Origin: the human T2T-CHM13v2.0 reference genome, Homo sapiens
DNA length: 64,000 bases
Assembly: GCF_009914755.1 (NCBI RefSeq)
Contig: NC_060927.1
Direction: 5' to 3' (one strand)
A model generated the notes under the pieces. The model was not told where the DNA came from, made no database searches, and saw only the letters and a program-made list of their open reading frames with translations. Numbering within the stretch: position 1 is the first letter of the stretch; every line of letters begins with the position of its first letter. The position numbers were made by a program, and so were the translations under genes. Shown one piece after another: positions 52,779-64,000 of this stretch.

Positions 52779-53276
52779 TAGATAATTAGTCTCTTCCTAA
52801 ATTCTTAAAGACTTGTATTGTGACTTAACATGTGATCTATCCTGGAGAGTATTTTGCATATTTGAGAAGAATGCATATTCTACTGCTGTTGGATGGAATA
52901 TTCTGTGTCTCTTAGGTCCATTTGGTCTATAGTGTTATTCAGGTCTTCTGTTTCCTTGTTGACCATTGTTGAAATCTACTATTATTGTGTTGCTGTCTAT
53001 TTCTCTCTTCATTTCTATCGGTGCTTGCTTCATGTATTTGGGTGCTCTGATGTTATATCTTCCTGGTGAACATATAACTCCTTTTTATCATTATGTAATA
53101 TCTTTGTTTGTCTCTTGTGACAGCTTTTTGACTTAAAGTCTTTTTGGTCTGATATAAGTATGGCTACTTTTGCTCTCTTTTTTTTCCGTTTACATGGAAT
53201 ATCTTTTTCCATCCTTTCACTTTCAGCCTATGTGTGTCTTTAAATCTAAAGTGAGTCTCTTTTAGTCAGTGTATAA

Positions 53277-53627
<351 letters not shown>

Positions 53628-54039
53628 CCCTCTGTGTCTTCTCTGTGTCTTTTGATTGGGGAGTTTAATCCATTTGTGCTTAATTATGATAGGAAAGGAC
53701 TTACTATTGCCATTTTGTTAACTGTTTTCTATTTATCTTACAGTTCTTTTGTTCTTCTTTCCTCTCTTTCTGCCTTCCTTTGTGGTTCATTAATTTTTTG
53801 TAGTGACATGCTTTGATTCCTTTCTCATTTTCTTTTATCTCCTATAGGTATTTTCTTTGTGGTTACTATAGTGCTTACATGAAACATTTTGTAGTAATAA
53901 TAATCAATTTTCAGCTGATAAACAGGGCCAATCTTAATCTTGGAACAGTTTTTAGGTCTAAGCTATAACAATTTTTTTTTTTTACTTTTTCATTTTAACT
54001 TTTATTTAACTGCTTTAAAAAAGAATTAAACTAGAATTA

Positions 54040-55390
54040 GTAAATGTGTGTTCCACAAGTTGATAGAACTAAGTTCCAATGGTATGTTTTAGGGCTTGAT
54101 AAAGTGACTCTAACATTCATTTGTAAGTGTAAAGTGTTAGACTAGCCAAGAAATTTTTGGAAAAAAAAGTAAAAGGGAGACTAGTACTATTAAACATAAA
54201 ACAATAAATCTACAGTAGCAAAGCTGTGTTTTACTGGCACAAGCAGGAGAATGGAATGGAAGAGAACAGGATAGATTCGAACAGGATAACCAAATCACTG
54301 TATGAGGATAAATTGTTCAGTAAATATTTGGATATTTGATTAATCTTTTGGAGGAAAAGGGCAGATTCATACATCCTACTGTATACCAGGACAAACCCCA
54401 AACAGTTAAATGTTTACTTTAAAAGATATTTACTAGAAGAGAATATAAGTGAATAGTATATCGTATTAGAATGAGAAGGAACCATTTTTAAAAAAGATTT
54501 TTAGATGTGACTTCCTAAAAGCTTAAAACTTCTGCAGATCCGTAACAACTATAAACAAAAGTAAAAGGCCTAAAACAAACTGAGACAACAGTTCCAACAT
54601 ACAGAACAGTCAAGGGATTATGTTGCTGATATATGACAAAGGAACTCTTATAAATCAAAGAAAAAATAGAAAAATGGGCAAAAAAAGTATATAAGCAGAG
54701 TTCTCAAAAGAAGAAATAGAAATGACCAAAATGCACAAAAGAGATGTAGAACTGGGATGGCAGTCAAAGAAATGCAAATTAAAACAACACGGAGTTGCTG
54801 TTTTTACCTTTCAGACTGGCAAAGGCCATTAAGTCTCTGTCTTGGCATCAGTGCTTCTATTGGCACAGCTTTAGTGGAACACCCCATGGGTGGGAGTGTA
54901 CACTAGCACTGCCTTCCTAGGTGGCAGATTGTCCATAGGTATCAAGAGGCTTGACATTTTTTCAGACTTTGGTCCCAGCCATTACATGTCTAGAAATTTC
55001 TTCTAAGGGGATAATCTGACATGCACATAAAGATTATGTGCACTGGCTGGGCGCAGTGGCTCACGCCTGTAATCCCAGCATCTTGGGAGGCCGAGGCATG
55101 TGGATTAGTTGAGGTCAGGAGTTCGAGACCAGCCTGGCCAACATGGTGAAACCCTGTCTCTACTAAAAATACAAAAATTAGCCAGGCATGGTGGTGGGCA
55201 TGTGTAATCCCAGCTACTCAGGAGACTGAGGCAGGAGAATTGCTTGAACCTGGGAGGTGGAGGTTGTGGTGAGTCAAGACCGCTCCACTACACTCCAGCC
55301 TGGGTAACAGAGCAAGACACTCTGTCTCAAGAAAAAAAAAAAAAAAAAAGATTATGTTCACTGATGCTCAGTGCAGTATTATTTTTGGAG
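54040..55390 (+). mobile_element. L1ME ORF2 end and 3' region
   Basis: aaaaatgggcaaaa, caaagaaatgcaaattaaaacaac and tggtgggagtgta; probably resumes at about 56100-56590. Confidence 0.7.
55045..55346 (+). mobile_element. AluS
   Basis: Full Alu; 16-bp TSD aaagattatgt(g/t)cact. Confidence 0.95.
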
Positions 55391-55724
55391 TTTAAAATAA
55401 TGCATGATACAGAATTATTATTTTAATACATGATATAAAATTCAAAAGATACAAAAGGGATTAGAGGGAAAAATCATTCTCCTCTCCCTTCCAGTTCTGT
55501 CTTCTATTTTCCCGATTTCTCTCCCAGGGGACAACCAGTTAGTTATAAATATTTCCAGAGATACTCTTTACCCATATAAGATTGTACATATACATGTGTT
55601 TTAAAATTTTATTTAGTTTTGTATTTAGAGGTTAATGGTAGCATGCTACATGGACCTAGCAAGCTACTGTATGCACCTTGCTTTTCTCATTTACTGTCTC
55701 TTGGAGTATGCTCCATTCTCAGTA

Positions 55725-55960
55725 GGCAATATAGTGCAGAGATTGAGAGCACAGACCACTGGGTTTGAACAAACTCCACTCTTTACTAGCTAAGTCATCT
55801 TGGGCAAGTTTTCTAACTTCTCTGGGCCTTAAGTTCTTCATCTATAAAATGGATATAATAGTCCCTACCTCATAGGCATAGAATGACTGTAAGTATTAAA
55901 TGAGTCAAGATACATGAAGTATATAGAGCTTGGCACATTTTACATAATTATTAACTATTA
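55725..55960 (+). mobile_element. MIR inside an antisense L1ME 3' end (about 55415-56100)
   Basis: cttgggcaagttttctaacttctctgggcctt...tcatctataaaatgg...cctacctcatagg. Confidence 0.8.
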
Positions 55961-56214
55961 CGAATACATATGGAGCTGCATCCTTCTTTTTAACACCTGT
56001 ATAATATTCTACACTGGATGTATTATATATTTTATTTTGTCTGACCAGTCTCATATTGATGGACAACTAGATTGTTCCTAGTATTACTGTTGCAAACAAA
56101 TTGCAGCATTTGCTGTGATGTATATTTTTAAAGGAAACAACATAAATGTCCAAAGTTAGTTTAATTATGGCACAGTATATGTCCATATGATGGAATAAAT
56201 CAGAATAAGATTGT

Positions 56215-56525
56215 AGCTAGGTGTGGTGCTCAGGTCTGTTATCCCAATATTTTGGGAACCCAAAGTGGGAGTACTTCTTGAAGCCAGGAGTTAGAAAACA
56301 GTCTGGGCAACATATGGAAACCCTCTCTCTACAAAAAAAAAATTCAAAATATTAGCCAGGAACAGTGTCATATGCCTGTAGTCCCAGCTATTCAGGAGGC
56401 TGAGGTGAGAAGATGGCTTGAGCCCAGGAAGTCAAGACTACAGTGAGCCATGATTGCACCACACACTCCAGCCTGGGCAACAGAGCGATACCCTCTCTCT
56501 TAAAAAAAAAAAAGAAAGAAAGAAA
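56215..56525 (+). mobile_element. AluJo/Jr-like, diverged
   Basis: gcttgagcccaggaagtcaagactacagtgagccatgat; A/(GAAA)n tail; TSD aagattgta / aagatggta. Confidence 0.9.
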
Positions 56526-58034
56526 GAAAAGATGGTACAATGATATCTCATGATATGTGAAAATGTTTACATTTTATTAAGTAGAAACAAACACTTTTGA
56601 ATTCTTACTAGATTTTTCCCATAATAAACATGATATAGATTGTACGAATTTAGAAATAATAGAAAAGTATAATCACCTTAGCCCCGTGATCCAGAAATAG
56701 CCACACTCAACATGTTGGTATATTTTACATAATCTCTCCTTCTGAAAACTTACACTAATTATTTTATGGGAAGCAAGAGTTACCATCTTTGCTAAAAGTA
56801 GCAGGGAGCTGTGAATTGGGTTCCCCAAATAGGGGGTTGGCCATATGTGGATGGCGTAGGTTAAAACTACTTGGAGGAGGGAGGCTTGCAGTAGACAAGA
56901 GGGATTCCTGGGAAAGTGGCGCTCTTTGAGCTATCTCTGGAAGGATAACAGGAGCTATTCCTTTTGAATATATCAGTCATTCTCATTGTTCTGTGTTTCC
57001 GTCCATATAGTCATTCACTCAGTAAACATCTATTATTAGAGGCCTATTTTATACCAACGTGTTTCTAGGTCCTAGGGGACTCAGATATGAACAAGATAGG
57101 TAAGGTCCCTGTACCCCTGGAGCCTACCCTCCAGAGCTTGTACAGACATTCATTACCGACTTACAGACATAGGGTATGTGTGCATGTGCCTGAGATGCTT
57201 CATCTCATACTGACCACAGACACTTCCCCGCATGTCTTCATAATGATCATCTCTTGTGGCTACACAGTGTTCCCTCCAGTTGCTATGTGCTGATTTTATT
57301 AACTATTCCTACTCTGTTGGACATTCATATTGTTTGCATGAATACTTCATAGTCTTTGGCACGTTACTCAACTGCTTTTCAAATGAATTGTCCCAGTTTA
57401 CAGAGCAACCAGCAACATGTGAGTGAATGGGCCTGTGCCATGAAAATCTCACCACCATCGTCTATATGTTTTTATCATTTCTATTCATTTAATAGGTTAA
57501 AAAAAAAACGGGGCCTTGTTGTTTAAACTTCTTTTATTTGATTATTGTTAAATTTTAACCTTTACTTCCTCTTAAGTGCATTATCTGTTCACATCCTTTG
57601 TTCTGTTACTTATTTTGGCTCTAAATGTTATAAACAGACTCTGTGCAGTGATGGCTAAGGGCTCAGATTCTAGACTCATACAAATCTGGTTTATGTCCAG
57701 CCCTGCTACTTAGAAGCTATGTGACCTTGGTCACAGGGGTTTAGGGAAGTGCTGAGGCAAGGAAGGGCATTTCCAGCAGAGGAGCTCTTCTGAGAAGCAG
57801 AATTAGTGAGAGGTTGGTGGCCTGGGTACATTTAAGGTGTGGTGGGACCTTGTCTGGCATCATCTAATAAGGCTACCAGGAGTATTATGGGTTTGTTCTG
57901 GAGTAGTTTTCAAACGTGGCATTTGGAGTGAAGGCAGGCAGCATTGGGCCTCAGATTCAGAGTTTCTCTATGGAAATTAGATCAAAACCTACAAGAGTCC
58001 CAGGGAAAGGTAGGGAGGGGCAAGTGGGAAAGCT

Positions 58035-58233
58035 GGGAGCCCTGGAGTCAGGTTGTTCTGGCTTTGAACCCCAGCAATCCCGATGCATAGTTGAGAATAT
58101 GTACTTTGAGTCTCTGTTTTCTCATCGGAAAATGGGTTGGTCATGTCAGTATTGCATACTGTGAAGACCAGAAACGATTTATGTCAGGGGCTTTGCACAC
58201 ACAAATAAGGCACTCAACAAATGTGGGTTGTTA
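58035..58233 (+). mobile_element. MIR
   Basis: ccctggagtcagg...tttgaaccccagc...gagtctctgttttctcatcggaaaatggg...gcactcaacaaatgt. Confidence 0.7.
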
Positions 58234-58830
58234 TGAACCCACAGTGGATGGGGAAACACATCTGCCTTTGTGGAAGATGAGAGCAGAATCCCTCCTGACC
58301 ATTGTTAAGCCATCAGCCTTGCTCCTTCCCTTGGTTTGTCACTGCTGGAGGGACTACTGCCAGTACTGCAGTGGGAAAATGAGCTTTCAAAGGTACGTTT
58401 CTTTTATAGAGTGTCCGGTAGGAATTCCTTGGGGACATTTATCTCATGGAAATAGGAGAAGGACTGACTGGGTATCTCAAAAGGTGACTCTTAGTGACTG
58501 AGTCTCTTTTCTAGAAGAAAAGGATGTTTGGATTCTCAGCAGCCACATCTGCTTTTGAACTCTGTGCGGTTTGTGCCCTGGCCTCTTACCACTCCCAACA
58601 CTCCCCCTTTTATTCAAACAGAGGACAGTTGTGTTTGTTGACCACTCTTTCAGGGTGGGAAAGGAATGTAATGTATGCATAGACTGCCCAGAATTTCCTG
58701 TTAGACACCCATTCCAAACCACGGCCCTGGGATGCATTCCAGAGATTACGGCCCAATTCTCAAAGAGAAGAAATGGCGCATTCATTTAAATGTCCCTGGC
58801 CTTCAGAAAGAGTTCCTCCTCTCCCCAGTT

Positions 58831-58855
58831 AAAAAAAAAAAAAAAAAAAAAAAAA
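58831..58855. repeat. Isolated A25 homopolymer
   Basis: 25 consecutive A preceded by TT; no Alu or L1 body upstream. Confidence 0.97.
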
Positions 58856-59176
58856 GGTGTTTAGCTTATTCCGTAATAATGTAGTTGTGAATTCAACTCT
58901 ATGATTTCTTTAAGGTTGTAATGGCTCTGACCTTCCCACATGTGAAGAAATAGCCTTCACTTGGGCAATTTCAGTGTTCAGTTTTGTAGCATTAACAGCA
59001 TTGATGTCCCCACTGATGCTTGGTACAGAGCATATGTTTAATGTTCTGCTATAAATACTTGAACAATGTAAATCTGCGATGGATTACCTTCTTAGTTCTG
59101 CTCTTGTGATGAGAAAGAAGCTAGTTTGAGGGCAGGCTTTTGGTGCTTTGAATCATTAGCAGTACATTTGGTGTGT

Positions 59177-60064
59177 TGTCAGAGAAAACCAGACCTGGGC
59201 AGTAGTTAAAGCAGCAAAAGCAGATTTTATTGAAAACTGTTGCAGTAGAAGGAAAGAGACATCAGTCCAAAACCAGGCTCAATTCTGAATACAGCATGGA
59301 CAAGTGAGTACTCACAGCCAAGGAGTAGGATGGGAGTCAGTGGATAGAAAACTGCTAAGAAGAAACATCAGAGGTAGGGGGGCTTGTGGCTTATCTGACT
59401 GCTATGGTTTAGACGTGGTTTGTCCCCACCAAAGCTCATATTGGGGTGCCGTTGCCATTGTAGTGGTGTTGGGAGGTGGAACCTAATGGGAGCTGTCTGA
59501 GTCCCAGGGACAGATCCCTCATGAGTAAGTAAATACCATCTGGCCTGAGTGAGTTCTTGCTCTTATGGGACTGGATTAGTTACCTTGAGAGTAGGTTGTT
59601 ATAAAGAAAGGCTCCTCCTCACGTTTGCCCTCCCTCCTTCTATGCATACCCCCTCCACTTTGTGCTTTCCACCATAAGTTGAAGCAGCGCGAGACCCTCG
59701 CCAGCTGGGCTACCCAGTCTTGGACTTTTCAACCTCCAGAATCGTGAGCCAAATAAACTTCTTTTCTTTATAAATTACCCAGTTTCAAGTATTCTGTTAC
59801 ACCAGTGCTAAATGGAATGAGGCACTGAACTAACAGGATTCTTGATGAAGACAAGCCAGGGTAGATCAGTCATCACCTGGGAGATGGTGGAGGGTGAGGA
59901 AACCAATTATGTATCAAGAGCAGTCAGATATGGAGGATGGAGGATTCTTGCTAAACTGATTTAGCAGGGATGTTGCTAAATTTGGATTTTACAAGGAAGT
60001 ATGCAGGTGGACCTAGGAGTTTAGGAGTCTGACTGAAGTTTGGTCAAGCAAAGAATCTTTGTCA
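59177..60064 (-). mobile_element. MER31-like ERV1 solo LTR, interrupted by an MST LTR
   Basis: Right end reverse-complements to TGACAAAGATTCTTTGCTTGACCAAACTT (MER31 start); TG...CA termini; 4-bp TSD GTGT. Confidence 0.85.
59400..59824 (+). mobile_element. MSTB-like MaLR solo LTR
   Basis: tgctatggtttag...gatccctcatga...aataaacttcttttctttataaattacccag...ca; 5-bp TSD ctgac / ctgaa. Confidence 0.9.
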
Positions 60065-60691
60065 GTGTTAAGTCAGTTTTCTTCTGAAAATTTTATCATG
60101 CTGGGTCTTCAGGGATCCGGCCCCTGTGCCAGCACATTTATATTGTGAGAGGCTGGCTCGGCACCATAGAAATGAAAGGCAAGCCTTTGTTTTCTGTAGC
60201 TACCAAGTTGTAGTTTCTTCACTTGAGGAGAAACTTGAATGATGAGGGATGGATTCATAGTGAGTAGCAAACATTTCCACCTACATTCCAGCTACTCTGA
60301 TCTTGTCCTGAACTCCTTTGATTGTGTAGAGGTGTGTGGGGTGCTGGGAGTTTTAGGTCAGATCACAGATAGGAGAGATGGAAGCTGTGTATGGGTGTGG
60401 GTGGGTATGCTCAGGAATGTGAGTATGTGAAGCTCTGAATCGGTGCAGACCTCAGAGGTTTGGGTCCTGAAGCCAGGGGTTAAGGATGGTTCCAAAGCCT
60501 CCCCCGTCTTGAATCTAAACCAGATCAGAATGAAAGAATTATAAAAAGTCACTGGTTATATGGCATGGGCAGATATCACACTAATTAAGAAATGCTGGCT
60601 ATTTGGGGTCAACATTTCAACTTCTGGATACTGAAGGGAACCAGTTAGGTCAGGAAGTACAAGAGAAATGCACCCTCAGCCTATGATATGA

Positions 60692-61219
<528 letters not shown>

Positions 61220-61419
61220 TAAGTTTAGACTTCACATAACCAAAAACAAAATGGATCTGCCTACATGTTTTTTCATAAAGCCAGGCTGTTTTTGTGAGGA
61301 CCGTTGTCTGGATACAAGCTAAATTCTCCATGTTCACAGTGAGACCCTGCACTGTACCTAAACCAGTCACAATTTTTTGTTATGTTTGAAGCTGCTGGTA
61401 GATTTTCTCTCTTACACAA

Positions 61420-61580
61420 ACATACATGTTTTCACTGTGCCCATACAATAGTCCTGTGGGGTAGGGATTATCATTCCTGTATTATTGTTGCTACGGAGGT
61501 AGGTGAGGTCACACGGGCTAACAAGTGGCAGGGCTGGGACTTGAACCTAAATGTAATTCCAAAGCCTGTGTTCTTTCCAT
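61420..61580 (-). mobile_element. MIR
   Basis: cctgtggggtagggattatcattcc...aggtcacacggg...gggacttgaacctaa. Confidence 0.65.
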
Positions 61581-61724
61581 GTAACGTATATTTAAAGTCA
61601 ATTTCTGAATAAAAAATTTCACTCTAGGCTCTTAAATGGCAACCTGTGTAATTTGCAGATATCCTGGATCTTGGCTGCATTGGTCATAATTTAAAGTTTA
61701 AACTCAGTAGTTTTAATTACAGAG

Positions 61725-62495
<771 letters not shown>

Positions 62496-62504
62496 CATTT
62501 TGAG

Positions 62505-63011
62505 AGACAATCCTTTCCATTTCAAATCACATAAACCCAATTATATTGGCTTAGGAGCAAAAGAGAATTTGTTTACTTACATAACTGAAAATTCCAGAAG
62601 GGTCTGGTTTTAATAAAACCAAGTCCTCAGACAGTGTCGTCAGAAATCTGTCCTTCTTTGTAACCCAGCTCCTTTTTTCTCAGTTTTGGCTTCATGCTCA
62701 GGTAGGTATTTCTTACGAGGTGCAAAGATGACTACCAATTGCTCCAGGCTTACATCCTGCCATGTTAAGAAACCCAGCAAAAGGCAAATATCTCTTCCAA
62801 TAGGGCTTGCATGAATCCTTGCAGAGTCTTTGGTCCAGGGTGGGTCACATGCCCATCCCTAAGCCAGTCATGTGGCTCAGATTGGCCAGCCCTTGATAAA
62901 GGACAGAACATTGGTAGGGTGAGAGTGGTTCCCCAGAGGAAAATAGAGGAACTTTTACCAGAAAGAAGGGTAATGGATTCTGGCAGGCAAAAAATGTCAG
63001 ATGTCCACTAC
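62505..63011 (-). mobile_element. MLT1K-like LTR
   Basis: cataactgaaaattccag, gcaaagatgactacc...ctccaggcttacatcc, gggtcacatgcccatccct; ends gatgtccactaca. Confidence 0.8.
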
Positions 63012-63579
63012 ACTCCCCATCTGTAACTGGTGCTTTGAAGATACGGGTTCTTGCTGCTGGGCCAGCACTCTGCCTAGAAGACCAGGGAAGCATTTGGAAG
63101 GCTTCCTGTCTTGTCTTTAGAGAGGAAGGCAGTTGTCTATATGTGTACTTTAAGCTGCCCCATTCATAGACCCTCTGTAAGCCTATTGCTGGCAGATAGG
63201 AGGTCCCCAGCCCATGGGAGGGGCAAGGGAGAAATGTGTATGAGTGGGAAACAGGGTCTTAATTTGCTGGGCTGCAGTGACACCAGGGCCAGGGGCCTAG
63301 GCAGAAGCATTAGCTCTAAGGGCATATCCAGGAAAACAGAGCCACATGCTACCCTGTTCCTCCAGTGGATACACAAGGACCATGCCCCACATCTCCAGCT
63401 CTTCACAACCCTCTCCAGGGTTTCTGCTCCACCCGAGTTTGTGCACAGAAATGGAGAAAGTTAAGTCTTTAACTTCTCTACCTCATCTACCTCTGTCAAG
63501 GATTTCCCTTTACTCTCCCTGTGGGGTATCTGTGCCCATGGCATCTTTGTGTGCTGGGACCGGCTATGGGCATGCTTTC

Positions 63580-63865
63580 TTTCTATCTTTTTTTCTTTTT
63601 TTTTTTTTTAAGACAGAGTCTCACCCTGTCACCCAGGCTGGAGTGTGGTGGCGTTATGTCAGCTCACTGCAACTTGTGCCTCGGCCTCCTGAGTAGCTGG
63701 GATTACAGGGGCCCGCCACCACACTCCGCTAATTTTTGTATTCTTAGTAGAAACAGGGTTTCGCCATGTTGTCCAGGCTGGTCTCAAACTTCTGGCCTCA
63801 GGTGATCTGCCCGCCTTGGCCTCCCCAAGTGCTGGGATACAGGAATGAGCCACCGCATTTGGGCC
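63580..63865 (-). mobile_element. AluS with a ~26-bp internal deletion
   Basis: Antisense Alu; TSD gggcatg(c/t)tttc; sequence between the two gcctc motifs of the right arm is missing. Confidence 0.93.
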
Positions 63866-64000
63866 GGGCATGTTTTCATTGACAGGGATAAGGAGGAGAA
63901 AGAGGGTGGTCCTTCAAAGCAGGCCTGCCCCGGGCTGAGCCTTGGGAAAATGGCAGCATGTTGTAGCCTATTGGGGGACCCGGCAGGGGAGACTGCTGGG

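Overview
This is 64 kb of primate, most likely human, non-coding euchromatic DNA. It contains AluJ, AluS and AluY elements, CpG is depleted, and there is no CpG island. Roughly half is recognisable by eye as transposon remnants: about 19 Alu copies or fragments, many MIR and L2 pieces, old L1M and HAL1, MaLR/ERV LTRs (MST, MLT1, LTR33, MER31), and DNA transposons (Tigger4b, MER5, MER45A, MER91, MADE2, a Charlie-like piece). I found no credible protein-coding exon, RNA gene or CRISPR array. The ORF track is explained by Alu read-throughs, decayed L1 ORF2 and HAL1 ORF1, and chance. Long L1 pieces lie mostly on the minus strand and the best splice-site pairs I noticed are on the plus strand, which suggests an intron of a plus-strand gene or lncRNA. 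I cannot name that gene. I did not find a new biological system. The best-supported unusual observation is a ~120-bp inverted copy of a local L1 segment, carrying that L1's apparent private mutations, inserted into a Tigger4b about 1.3 kb away. Next are a TSD-less Alu that replaces roughly 1 kb of L1, and a TE-free AT-rich block at 45.6-46.9 kb with a hairpin over a candidate 3' splice site. Repeat family names come from recalled consensus sequences, not a RepeatMasker run, and boundaries of old elements are approximate.
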